A DNA stretch of 64,000 nt from Celeribacter sp. (GCF_048261515.1 NZ_JBLXFZ010000002.1:23347-87346); one strand, 5' to 3'; shown: positions 9,374 through 19,474, counted from the stretch's first letter. The notes: a model not told the origin generated them from the letters alone. Made by a program: numbers and translations.

Positions 9374-10711
9374 TCATGAGTTCTCGGAAATTTTGGTCAT
9401 GTCGAGTAGGAAAACTGATCGTTGACCGTTGGGCGCACCATTGATGACTACAAAACTCTGTGTTCGATCCCAGGCAGGGTGTGGATCAACTCGCCAACTT
9501 GCCTGTGGTCCAACATATTCCGTGGTTACAGGCATGCGGACTAGACATGCCTCTTCTTCACCGTTGTTAGTTATCCATCGAATAGGAACCGAACCATCCC
9601 CTTCACACATGGGCTCATGAGGATAGGCGTCGGTGAGAATAGCATTCTTCTTTGAGTTCCAAGTTGGGTGACCGGAGCCTAAAAAGGTTTCACTCAATTG
9701 AGTGAAGTTACTTCCATCATATCGAAACTTTACGAATCTCAACGAGAACGGCGAACTTAAAAGTTTGAATCCTGCTCGATGCAAAATCTTTATTGCCGTT
9801 GCCGTAAGATTGTTCATGAGGCCTCGCCTAAAAGGAAGCACAACGTTCATGATTATGTCTTTGCTATTTGGGCACCAGTTTGGATGGTGCCCGCCCAACC
9901 ATTGTTCAGGACCTAAGGTAAGGTACATATTTTTTCCGTCACGATCGGCACATATCAACCAAGTTTTTTGTTTTCCATTCGCCAGTCTGCGACGTAGAAC
10001 AATCATGACCAATGTATCATCGGGCGACCATTTAACGTGAAATACGTAGAAGTCTCCAGATTTAGCTTCCTCATTAGTGAAATGATCTGGCAGCTTCTCC
10101 AAAATTTCGGAAACACTAAGCCACAGCCGTGCGGCACCAGTTTCTAAGTCGATCCTGTATACGCCATCTTCGGTACTCGCGCCCTTAAATTCAGGCCTGA
10201 ACTCTGGTGGCACATTGACGCCGTAGCCAGGTTGAGTGTTCGCAATACGCCGAAGGCAAGGTGAAAGTGCTTCACGACCATCATGAGACGCCATATAGAT
10301 TGTGAATTCTAAATGACGTTCACTACCGTTTTGGATGTTGGCGACGACACCGTATGGTGTCCATGTCATTGTGTCCATATCGTTGAACAAGAGGCAGCTG
10401 TCATCCGTTCCCCACTGAACTTGTGCCCCGAGTTGGGTGTCCCATCCAAAGGTTTTGCGTCTAAACACAACTCCGCCAGATTTAAGGTCAATTACGACGA
10501 CTTCCGCAGATTCTCCAATTTCTGGAGGGCGTTTATCAGTCTCAAATTCGGTTAGTGCAAGATATCTACCCGACGGGCTCAACGGGGAAGTGTCGAAAAA
10601 ACGATGGATTGTAGGCTTTGTCCCAATCGAAACTTTCCAGACTGGAACTAGCGGATCAAAATCGGTGTACCTTTGAAAATTTTGATCCAAGTGGTCATAG
10701 CTAGGTTCCAT
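9374..10711 (-). CDS. TolB-like / oligogalacturonate-lyase-like beta-propeller protein
   Basis: Repeated blade motifs (FFDTSPLSPSGRYL, HVKWSPDD, HPNWCPNS, HPTWNS, DPHPAWD); start placed at MEPSY after an AGAGGG RBS. Confidence 0.6.
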   Translation of the reverse strand: MEPSYDHLDQNFQRYTDFDPLVPVWKVSIGTKPTIHRFFDTSPLSPSGRYLALTEFETDKRPPEIGESAEVVVIDLKSGGVVFRRKTFGWDTQLGAQVQWGTDDSCLLFNDMDTMTWTPYGVVANIQNGSERHLEFTIYMASHDGREALSPCLRRIANTQPGYGVNVPPEFRPEFKGASTEDGVYRIDLETGAARLWLSVSEILEKLPDHFTNEEAKSGDFYVFHVKWSPDDTLVMIVLRRRLANGKQKTWLICADRDGKNMYLTLGPEQWLGGHHPNWCPNSKDIIMNVVLPFRRGLMNNLTATAIKILHRAGFKLLSSPFSLRFVKFRYDGSNFTQLSETFLGSGHPTWNSKKNAILTDAYPHEPMCEGDGSVPIRWITNNGEEEACLVRMPVTTEYVGPQASWRVDPHPAWDRTQSFVVINGAPNGQRSVFLLDMTKISENS

Positions 10712-10917
10712 GTTAGGCCTGCCCTCTACCGTCATCTTTTGATTGGGATATGCGTAAAAAAGTGACCATTTCACTTTGAATAGAAAAGTGCGCGTTTCAT
10801 TTAGCCTTAGTATCGAAAAGCTTGGAGCCAATCACTTTTCTTCAGCTCGCTCATGATTGTTTTGGTACGTCCTCTGAAACTATGTCGCGCTTTCAACGCA
10901 ATTTTTTGTGCAGTGCG

Positions 10918-11850
10918 TCAGACTTTTGCTCGGAATTTTTTGACTAGGAAGTCGGAAAGGCTCCGATATGCTGGTTCACTCAAAAAAACTTGTAAGAAAA
11001 CTGTAGCTGCTAGTTTCACGGAATAGCTTCCCCGAAGTACGGCTACCAGCCAAAAGCTCAGTGGGCGCCAGAACGAGTCTCTACGTAGCAATTTTGCAAT
11101 GTGCCAGCCTTTGTATCCCCAATAGGCAGAGGCGCCCGCTGTTTCGCGGATATTCTCTAGCCATGTTTCCAGAGCTTCAGACTTCTTGTTGCTAGATACA
11201 CGTGCAGCTGATGGCATGTCATTCCAAAATACCAATGGATATTCGATCATTTTGAACTTCGCGCCCGCTGCCCATAGTCGGACACAAAAATCGGTATCCT
11301 GAGAGAATGGCAGGTCTGGGTCAAACTTGATCTGTTTCGCAAATCCGTTCTCAACAGCCATGGTCGAGGTTTGAATGAAGCCTCGATCAGACATGAGATA
11401 CTTAGCAATATTCTCATTTTCTTTAGGGCTGCGATGAGGCTTGATAAATTTTATTCCATCACCTCGATCAACCTCAATATATGAACAGATCACTGATTTT
11501 TGCGTGCTATTGTTTATGACACGATAGGTCTCTTCCAGTTTCTCCGTTGAAAATTGATCGTCGCTGTCCAAAAACGCTATCCAATGCCCAACAGCAGCAT
11601 CGATTCCGGTATTTCTAGCTGCTCCGCCGCCGCCATTTTCGCGCCAGATCACTTTGAAGCGAGGGTCGTTGAGCTCACTTACCACCCGAAGTAATTCGGA
11701 GTGATCTGTAGAGCCATCGTCGACAACTATGCATTCAAAATCTTTGAACGTTTGGTTCTGAACCGATAGCAAAGCTGGGTAGATTGTTGACGCGCGGTTA
11801 TATGTCGGGATTACAACCGAAAAAAATGGTAGGTGCATATCCAGACTCAT
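10918..11850 (-). CDS. Glycosyltransferase family 2 (ExoO-like)
   Basis: SVVIPTYNR, VVDDGSTD, NGGGGAARNTG, FLDSDD. Confidence 0.92.
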   Translation of the reverse strand: MSLDMHLPFFSVVIPTYNRASTIYPALLSVQNQTFKDFECIVVDDGSTDHSELLRVVSELNDPRFKVIWRENGGGGAARNTGIDAAVGHWIAFLDSDDQFSTEKLEETYRVINNSTQKSVICSYIEVDRGDGIKFIKPHRSPKENENIAKYLMSDRGFIQTSTMAVENGFAKQIKFDPDLPFSQDTDFCVRLWAAGAKFKMIEYPLVFWNDMPSAARVSSNKKSEALETWLENIRETAGASAYWGYKGWHIAKLLRRDSFWRPLSFWLVAVLRGSYSVKLAATVFLQVFLSEPAYRSLSDFLVKKFRAKV

Positions 11851-11881
11851 TGATTGATTGCTTGTGCGAGAGTGTGAAAAT

Positions 11882-12673
11882 CTAGCAAGTTTTCTTTGGG
11901 CTATTTAAGGCAATCCACAAGGCGTGGGGATTGGTCGTCACGTATCGCCAAAAAAGTTGCCTAGGATTGGTTGCGAGGCGGTGCAGCCACTCCAGATTGA
12001 ATTCCTGCATCCATTTTGGCGCTCGCGGATAGTGGCCAGTTAGGTAGTTAAAGCATCCTCCACAGGTAATGATCCAAGTGCAGTTGAGCTTTTCTTTGAG
12101 ACGGAGTGCCATCTGCTGTTCTAAAGGCTTTCCCATTCCCAACCACACTACGTCGGCGCCACTCTGATTTATTTGAGAAATCAGTTCGTTCTCATCTTCC
12201 GCAGAGGCAAAAAATCCGTTTCTTCTACCAGCAATTTTCATTTTAGGATATTGTGCTCTAAGGATTTCTTCGCACGCGGAGTTGACTGGTTCTGTTGCTC
12301 CTAGAAGAAAAAAACTGTTCCCAGATTTTTCAAATTCAGTAGCAAAGTCATGGATCATATCCGTTGTTGCTGATCGTTCCGGGATTTGTGGCCCTGCCAT
12401 CCGCTTCGATAACGTTACGAGAAATCCACCATCACAGTGGATAATGTCAGCTTTAGAAACGTCGTTCCTAAAGTCTGGATCGGTGCGCGCCAATGAAAGG
12501 CCGTGACCGTTTACATCCATAACGACACGAGGCTTCGTGAGATTAAGTGCAAAATCCTTTCTGAACCACTCAACTAGCTCGCTGCGTGACACGCAATCAA
12601 TGCTGAAGTCACCAAATGTACGTTTTTCGCGATCTTCGAACTCGGTTGAGGGGTTCCTCGGAGTGGCCTTCAT
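11882..12673 (-). CDS. WecB/TagA/CpsF family glycosyltransferase (GT26)
   Basis: HCDGG, FFLLGA, GRRNGFF, GMGKPLEQ, RAPKWMQEFNLEWLHRLATNPR. Confidence 0.93.
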   Translation of the reverse strand: MKATPRNPSTEFEDREKRTFGDFSIDCVSRSELVEWFRKDFALNLTKPRVVMDVNGHGLSLARTDPDFRNDVSKADIIHCDGGFLVTLSKRMAGPQIPERSATTDMIHDFATEFEKSGNSFFLLGATEPVNSACEEILRAQYPKMKIAGRRNGFFASAEDENELISQINQSGADVVWLGMGKPLEQQMALRLKEKLNCTWIITCGGCFNYLTGHYPRAPKWMQEFNLEWLHRLATNPRQLFWRYVTTNPHALWIALNSPKKTC

Positions 12674-13070
12674 TTGGATGTTGTCTCCGTCGTATCGTGG
12701 TTCAAAATGGTCGAGTAAGACTACCTATGCCGTGCCTTTTGCGATTTTGCCGATCTTTTGCTTAGTAATGTTGGTATCGGACGGGACCTTGAAAGAAACA
12801 AGGTCGCGAATGCCTGCTAGGAGGATTTACTCTATTTTTCGGAATAGAACTGGCGCGATGCTGGGCCGCAGAAACTGGCCCTCTGCCGCCTCGTAGTTTT
12901 GCGGGATGAATAATCATGCGCGCCCTTCCATTCAGAGTACTTTCTTGCGCCTAGTTACTCCCGCTAACACATGTGCTGCAATCGATAGATAAGACTATAG
13001 CAATAGTTTCAGACTTATTGCTTCTATGTGATTACAACTTAGGCACTTGTAGATATGTACGGACTCTCGG

Positions 13071-13630
13071 GGAGCTATTGTCAAATCTGGTGTCCGAGGA
13101 TTTTTCATGCGGCGGCCTGATCCTAGTTTGATGGCTTGATGCCGTTGACGAAATCGACGCCTTGTATGACGTCGGCGAGATGGGCAAAGCCGCGCAGCTT
13201 GCGCCAGCCTTTCTCGGTGCTTTGGCCGAGTTTGAACATCATATTAAGCATGCCGTCTCTGTTGAGGCGGCCCTTAGTCCGTTTTGTTCGGTGCCCGATT
13301 GTGGCGAAGGCGCTTTCGATCGGGTTCGATGTGCGGATGCTCTGCCAGTGTTGGGCGGGGAAGTCATGAAAGCTCAACAGCTCGTCACGATCCCGCATCA
13401 GGCGGCCTTTGGATATTTCGCGTCGAAGGTTTCAATGAACAAATCGAATGACACATGCGCATCCTCACGGGTTTCCGCCTGCCAAATGTCATGTAGCATC
13501 TTTTGGGCCTTTGGCTGGGTCCGCTTGGGCAGGTAGTTCAGCACATTGGCGGACTTGTGAACCCAGCAGCGTTGCTGACGGGTGCATGGGTGGGTCTTCT
13601 CCAAGGCGGCCCAAAACCCGATTGCGCCGT
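13071..13630 (-). mobile_element. IS256-family transposase, 3' remnant (frameshifted, 5' part lost)
   Basis: DGAIGFW, QRCWVHKSANVLN and IRTSNPIES motifs split over two frames; truncated by the adjacent IS3; left boundary approximate. Confidence 0.85.
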
Positions 13631-15173
13631 CCATCAGCCCCTGCTGGACAGATTTGGGGATTTGAATAAGGGAAGATTTCTGGTTCATCTTATCGATTAG
13701 GAGATCGAGATGACGAAGAAGCCTACCACATCGAAAGATGCCGCCGACAAGGTGGTTAAGAACATCCGACGCAAGACGCGGCAAACCTATTCATCGGAAG
13801 AGAAGATTTGCATTGTCTTGGCAGGCTTGCGCGGCGAAGAGAGCATTGCTGTTCTTTGCCGTCGCGAGGGCATTTCTGAGAGCCTGTTTTACAGCTGGTC
13901 CCAGGAATTTCCTGAAGCAGGCAAGCGTCGACTTTCTGGAGACACTGCGCGTCAAGCGACGTCGCCAGAGGTGACGGAACTGCGTTCAGAGTCGCTGGCA
14001 TTGAGAGAATGCGTGGCGGATCTGACTCTTGCAAACCAGCTGTTCAAAAAAAGCATGACAGGAAATGGGGGATAATGAGACCTTGTCCGCCATTTGTCCG
14101 AGGGCAATGGTCGAATGAATGAGGTATCCAGCACCCGAGAAGCTTGAGATCATCCGCACCGGCGAAGGCTCACATCTGCCAGTCAAACAGACCCTTGATA
14201 TGTTGGGTATTCCGCGCAGCACTTTTTATCGCTTGTACGACCTTTATGTCGATGGTGGCCTGGATGCATTGGCAGATCAAACTTCACGTCCCAAATCTGT
14301 CTGGAACCGTATCCTGGACATCAGGCGCGATGATCTGATCGAGTTTGCGTTGGAGCACGAGGCATTGTCGACACGGGAGCTTGCGGTCAAATACACGGAT
14401 GAGAAGAAGTATTTTGCTTCAGAAACATCAGCTTACCGCATTCTGAAATGCTGCTGACCTGATCACAACACCAGTATATGTGGTGATCAAGGCTGCTGAC
14501 GAGTTCACGGACAAAACCACAGCTATCAACGAGATGTGGCAGACCGACTTCACCTACTTCAAGATCATTGGCTGGAGCTGGTATTATCTCAGCACAATCC
14601 TGGACGATTACAGTCGCTACATCATCGCCTGGAAGTTCTGCACGACCATGCGCACTGCGGACGTAACGGATACGATCAAACTGGCATTGGTTGCGTCTGG
14701 TTGCGATCAAGCTGTTGTGCGTCACAAGCCGCGGCTACTCAGCGACAATGGCTCCTGCTATATCTCTAGCGATCTGGACGAATGGCTCGAGGGGCAAAGC
14801 ATGACGCATGTGCGCGGCGCACCGTTCCACCCACAAACTCAAGGCAAGATCGAACATTGGCATCAGACTATGAAAAACCGCGTGCTGCTCGAAAACTACT
14901 ACCTACTCGGCGATCTTGAACGCTAGATCGGCACAGTCGTCGATTACCACAACAACCAACGTTACCATGAGAGCCTAAACAACGTCACACCTGCTGACGT
15001 CTACTTTGGGCGCGACAAGGGCATCCTGAGAGAAAGGAAGAAGATCAAAAAGTAGACAATCCGACACCGCCACTTGCATCACGAAAAACAAGCCGCATAA
15101 TCCATCACACAAACGAGCCAGAGCCTCCAATGCTTAAACCGATCTGAAGTCCAACTTTATATGACGACGGACA
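13628..15173 (+). mobile_element. IS3-family element, degraded (OrfA 13710-14075; OrfB 14119-~15100 broken by frameshift and stops)
   Basis: OrfA RRKTRQTYSSEEK; OrfB MRYPAPEKLEII; WQTDFTY, SDNG, QGKIE DDE motifs; imperfect terminal IRs (C/T)GTCC...GGACA. Confidence 0.85.
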
Positions 15174-15388
15174 CTTGCGCCGCTGCTTCGAGATCGAGAA
15201 GTTTATCGATTTTATCTTCACGCAGCTCAGGAAAGTTGAGCGGAAAATCGAGCCCGACCGAGGCCGTGTTTAGGGAACACCGCAGCCGGCTAAAATTGGT
15301 CACCGCATTCGCGTTTCGGGCGGGTATGGACCCGAAAACAACCATGGTCACTTCCAATACGCGTCGCAAAATGCACGGGATTTGCCGA

Positions 15389-15724
15389 TCTTGACCTGTT
15401 CGTTCCCATGTTCCCACGTTCGCGCGAGGATAGTGCCGAAGATATCGAAAGCGGCGGGGTAGGGGCGGTGCTTCGCCTCACGCCCATACTTATTCTTTGA
15501 ATTACTGGGAACAGGGGGAACACGGGAACGGGTTCAGACAGCTTCGCTGACGTGTGCGTTAATTCGCGTGCGCTTGAAAGTTCTTTTGTATCAATGATCT
15601 GACAATTTATTTCCCAAGAAATCCGTGGGTTATCCACATATTCCAGAGCCCGCTGAATTGAAAGCTTTGCGGATTACGTGGACATTGTAGCCACGCCGAG
15701 ACGGTCGGTGTGTGGCGCGGCGGA
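15389..15724. repeat. Putative replication origin, copy 2 (iterons and DnaA box) upstream of the primase-helicase
   Basis: GTTCCC repeats at ~15402-15416, GGGAAC x3 at ~15507-15529, AT-richer tract, TTATCCACA at 15630-15638; homologous to 3942-4263. Confidence 0.7.
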
Positions 15725-15809
15725 TATCAATGTCCAAATCTCAATCCACCGCGCAATCACTCCGACATCGTCTCATTTCTGAACCGAGGTCGCTCATACG
15801 AGCGGAAAA

Positions 15810-16187
15810 ATGACGGAGTGCCATATGCACGATATGACAAAAGGCCAGAGGCCGAAACAGAAACTGACACAGAAATTCAAGCCCCGGCCGTGGGAGAGTA
15901 ATATTTTCGATGAGGTGAAAGGGGCGTCGGCTTGGCGCATCGAGCGTCTCGTACGGGCATGGGTCCCCGGGGCGCGTAGGTCCGGTGATCACCTGATCGT
16001 TCCGAACCCCAAGTGTGGTGATCTTAGCCCCAGCAATCTCATCATCGATCTTCACACGGGAAGCTGGAATGATCGCGAACGCGGCTACTATGGCAAGGAC
16101 ATCATTTCCTTCTACGCGTATTTTCGCGGTCTGACACAGCTTGAGGCCGCGCGGGACCTCGCGATGCAGCTCGGAGTTGACGCATGA
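15810..16187 (+). CDS. Small primase-associated protein (resembles the N-terminal domain of P4/satellite-type primases)
   Basis: VPNPKCGDLSPSNLIIDLHTGSWND...KDIISFYAYFRGLTQLEAARDLA pattern; stop overlaps the next ATG (ATGA). Confidence 0.6.
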   Translation: MTECHMHDMTKGQRPKQKLTQKFKPRPWESNIFDEVKGASAWRIERLVRAWVPGARRSGDHLIVPNPKCGDLSPSNLIIDLHTGSWNDRERGYYGKDIISFYAYFRGLTQLEAARDLAMQLGVDA

Positions 16188-18745
16188 ACGATATGTCTCA
16201 TCACTCTACTGCGCGCCACTTTCTGCGCCCTCTCAGGTCAAAAGACCTGCCGGAAACCGCACTCCCTTGTGTGTCTGTCCCTGCGGAGTTTCCGATGCCT
16301 GATATGCGTCTCGGGACGACTGTGCCTGTCGCGACATATGAGTATCGTCATGGGGACGGGACTTTGGCGTTCCTTGTTGCTCGTTGTGAGTACGATGATC
16401 GGACGGGATTTTATCCGTTCAGCGTTTGGCGTGTGGAAGGTCAGAAACGCTGGGTCAATAAGGCGCTCCCCGTCGATGCTTTCGCAACGCGGGCACCGCT
16501 CTACCGTTTGACGGACCTCATGTCGAATTCTCTCAAACCCGTTTTGATCTCTGAGGGAGAGAAATGCGCGGATGCAGTTGCAGGGTTCGAGAGCGTTGTC
16601 TCGACAACCTGGCATGGCGGCGCGAAGGCGTTGGCAAAAACCGACTTCTCGCCGCTGAAGGGCCGCGATGTGATCATCGCACCCGATGATGACGAACCGG
16701 GTGCCAAGGCGGCCGAGACGCTGGCCGATACGGTGAAGGCACTCGGCGTCGCGCGTCTGCGGGTTTTGAGGGCAAGCGCGCTGACCGACATGTTCGTTGG
16801 CATGCGCAACACGGGCTTTGATATCGCGGATGCCATTGACGCCGGACTGTGTGAGGCACAGTTCATGGCTCTTCTGGAACAGGCCGGGATGGTGGAGGAG
16901 ATTGATGTGACGGTTGCGGAGGAAGGCGCCACCGATGCAGCTTCTGATGAACATACCGATGAGGACCCCATCTGTCGTGAATTGCGCGAGCAGTTTGGTT
17001 TCGAACTCGATCTGCCTGACAATTTCAACATGTCCGTGGGCGGTATTGTGAAATACGACGTGGACCGTCGCGGCCAGCCGGTTGAGGTCTACGCAGGGTC
17101 TCCTATCGCTGTCCTCGGCAGGACAAAGCTTGTCACGAGCCGCGGCGGATGGGGCTATCGCATCGCGGTGCGGGCACCAAAACACGACTGGGAGTCCTTC
17201 ACTGTGCCTGGCCGTTTGCTCGCGGGCGACGGGCGTGACCTGCGCGAAATGATTGCCGACACTGGCGGAATTGTTCCGCAGCAGATGGACGGGCGGCGCG
17301 CCTTGGCTGAGTATATTGCCGAAGCCGCGCAGACTTGTCCGATCGTCAATGTCACCGACCATCCCGGCTGGTGTGGGGAGGCCTTCGCATTGCCTGATGT
17401 GATTGTTTCGCCCGAGAAAGATGACATGCAGCTGACGCTCGACATGGGCGATCGGCCGACCCTGCTTGCAACGGCGGGCACTCTGGAGGGGTGGCAGGAC
17501 CTGACGCGGCTCGCCGCACCAAACAGCCGTGCGACATTCGCGATCTGCGCGGCGCTCGCAGCACCCTTGCTCAGGCCTCTCGGCATCGAGGGCGGTGGCT
17601 TCCATTTCTACGGCCAGTCGTCCCGCGGAAAAACCACCCTGTTGATGCTCGCGGGCTCCGTGTGGGGCGGCGGGGGACGTGATGGGTTTCTGCGGAGTTG
17701 GCGCATGACGGTGAACGGGGCCGAAAGCGTTGTCGCGGATCACAACGATTTGGCGCTCTGTCTCGATGAAATGACCGTTGCGGATGCGGACGGGTTCACC
17801 GACATGCTCTATATGCTCGCGAACGGGCAGGGCAAAGCACGTGCGAAGAAAGACGGCAGTGCCGCAGCAAGCGCAAAGTGGAATGCGTTGGTCTTGTCGT
17901 CAGGTGAGAACACCATTGAGCAGCAGCTTGAGCAGGGGCGCGGGAAGCGGCGTATGACGGGTGGCATGGTTGTGCGCATGATCGACGTGCCCATCGAAGT
18001 CGAACCGGGCGTGAGTTTTGAAGACCTCGGGCCGTACGAGAATGGCGGCGCCTTCGCGGATCAGATCAAAGCGCTCTCCCGCGCGCATTATGGTCACGCG
18101 GGCCGCGTGTTTTTGCGGGCCCTCGTCAATAATCGCGAGGCGCTGTTGGCCAAGGCGCGTGAGCATATCGAAGCCTGTTTGGAGCGCATGCTCGATGACG
18201 ACGATGATCCGCAGATCCAGCGCGTTGCACGGCGTTTTGCCGCTGTTGCCGCCGCAGGGCATTTGGCCGAGCAGGCGGGTATTTTGCAGATCTCACCGGA
18301 GCAGATCGACGATGCGGTTTCTGGATGCTTTGGTGCCTGGATTGTGGCTCGTGGCGGCGGTCAGTCCGAGGAATGGCGCAGCGCCGCGCGACACCTGCAG
18401 TACTTTTTCGAGGCTCACGGCCCGACGCGTTTCGAGCGCCTCGAAAATGGGAAGGCCGCCGACGATGATGCGGAGCGCAGTGACGGTTTTGCTATCCGTG
18501 ATCGTTGCGGGTATCGCGTCGAGCAGGAGGATGGCGCGTGGCTTTACTATGTGCTGCCCTCGGCGTGGGAGCGGGACGTCTGCGGACCTCACTCACCCGA
18601 TCTCATGGTCAAGATTGCTAAGGACCGCGGCGCGCTGATCTGCGGTGAGGGCGGGCGCAGCAAAAAGAACGTTCGTCTTCCCGACTACCCCAACACCACG
18701 CGCGTCTACGCCATCCGTCCCGATCTCCTCGCTGGCGACGGGTGA
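16184..18745 (+). CDS. Toprim primase-DUF927-AAA+ helicase fusion (satellite/island replication protein)
   Basis: Toprim EGEKCAD and PDDDEPG; DUF927-like centre; Walker A GQSSRGKT; Walker B LCLDEM. Confidence 0.85.
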   Translation: MNDMSHHSTARHFLRPLRSKDLPETALPCVSVPAEFPMPDMRLGTTVPVATYEYRHGDGTLAFLVARCEYDDRTGFYPFSVWRVEGQKRWVNKALPVDAFATRAPLYRLTDLMSNSLKPVLISEGEKCADAVAGFESVVSTTWHGGAKALAKTDFSPLKGRDVIIAPDDDEPGAKAAETLADTVKALGVARLRVLRASALTDMFVGMRNTGFDIADAIDAGLCEAQFMALLEQAGMVEEIDVTVAEEGATDAASDEHTDEDPICRELREQFGFELDLPDNFNMSVGGIVKYDVDRRGQPVEVYAGSPIAVLGRTKLVTSRGGWGYRIAVRAPKHDWESFTVPGRLLAGDGRDLREMIADTGGIVPQQMDGRRALAEYIAEAAQTCPIVNVTDHPGWCGEAFALPDVIVSPEKDDMQLTLDMGDRPTLLATAGTLEGWQDLTRLAAPNSRATFAICAALAAPLLRPLGIEGGGFHFYGQSSRGKTTLLMLAGSVWGGGGRDGFLRSWRMTVNGAESVVADHNDLALCLDEMTVADADGFTDMLYMLANGQGKARAKKDGSAAASAKWNALVLSSGENTIEQQLEQGRGKRRMTGGMVVRMIDVPIEVEPGVSFEDLGPYENGGAFADQIKALSRAHYGHAGRVFLRALVNNREALLAKAREHIEACLERMLDDDDDPQIQRVARRFAAVAAAGHLAEQAGILQISPEQIDDAVSGCFGAWIVARGGGQSEEWRSAARHLQYFFEAHGPTRFERLENGKAADDDAERSDGFAIRDRCGYRVEQEDGAWLYYVLPSAWERDVCGPHSPDLMVKIAKDRGALICGEGGRSKKNVRLPDYPNTTRVYAIRPDLLAGDG

Positions 18746-18789
18746 TCGTTTAACAACCAACTGCCCCCGCCTGCCTTGTTAAACGATCA
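18743..18789. other. Palindromic site A (14-bp arms, 19-bp spacer)
   Basis: TGATCGTTTAACAA-N19-TTGTTAAACGATCA, a perfect IR that starts at the helicase stop codon. Confidence 0.85.
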
Positions 18790-18964
18790 GGGCAGGTGGG
18801 GGCTATGCCGTGAGTGAGGCGAGCGGGGGGGAACGCTTTTCTACCAGGTGCCGTGTCGATGGCGTGTCGACCATGGCACGCCGTGATCCTATCGCGCCAG
18901 GTGTCGCGACACGGGCGCCGATATTGCATTGGCCGAGGTGATGGCCCCTCGCAGTACGCCACTT

Positions 18965-19323
18965 CTAATTTGTGTCTGTGGACGTGACTACTTTCAGAGC
19001 TTTGACACCCGCGGTTTGTAGATAGCGCAACAACCTTTCACCATAACTGCCAGAACATTCGATGCCGACGCGTTGCAGATCACCGAATGAACGCATCCAT
19101 TCCAACATCATGCGATGTCCATGCCGTGTGGTTGCGAAGCTCTCGGTGCCGAGCGCAGGGTCGTAATGGTCGACGACGGATTCAACGTGTAAATCCGTGT
19201 GAGTGTCGACGCCTCCGACGATGTAAGGTGTGTATGTTTCTTGCCTTTTGATGCTCCTTTCATGCGGCAAGTGAGTGAGCGTTGCTCAGAAGAATGCAGG
19301 GACAGGACCGGTTATTGTCTAAG
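18965..19323 (-). mobile_element. IS110-family remnant (N-terminal DEDD domain plus ~55 bp of upstream non-coding end)
   Basis: GGVDTHTDLH...GTESFATT...FGDLQRVGIECSGSYG; stops after ~100 aa with no C-terminal domain. Confidence 0.8.
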
Positions 19324-19474
19324 TGATCTATCCCCGCGGGTGCGGGGGAGCCCAACTCTCTTTGTCTGACATCGATTTCATCTGGGGTCTATCCCCGCGG
19401 GTGCGGGGGAGCCTACACACGCGGCCCCAATGGCGTCAGAGGCCAGGGTCTATCCCCGCGGGTGCGGGGGAGCC
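19324..19474 (-). CRISPR. Type I-E CRISPR mini-array: three 29-bp repeats and two 32-bp spacers
   Basis: Repeat GGCTCCCCCGCACCCGCGGGGATAGACCC at 19446-19474 and 19385-19413, with a degenerate terminal copy at 19324-19352; spacers at 19414-19445 and 19353-19384. Confidence 0.95.

Noticed and set aside
16238-17743. 501-aa minus-strand ORF
   Set aside because: Antisense shadow of the DUF927 gene; no motifs; expected from GC-rich codon bias
19263-19323. Possible fourth degenerate repeat or CreR/tracr-like unit beyond the array
   Set aside because: No repeat-like sequence lies 32 nt past the terminal repeat, and none was found between the cas genes or upstream of cas3
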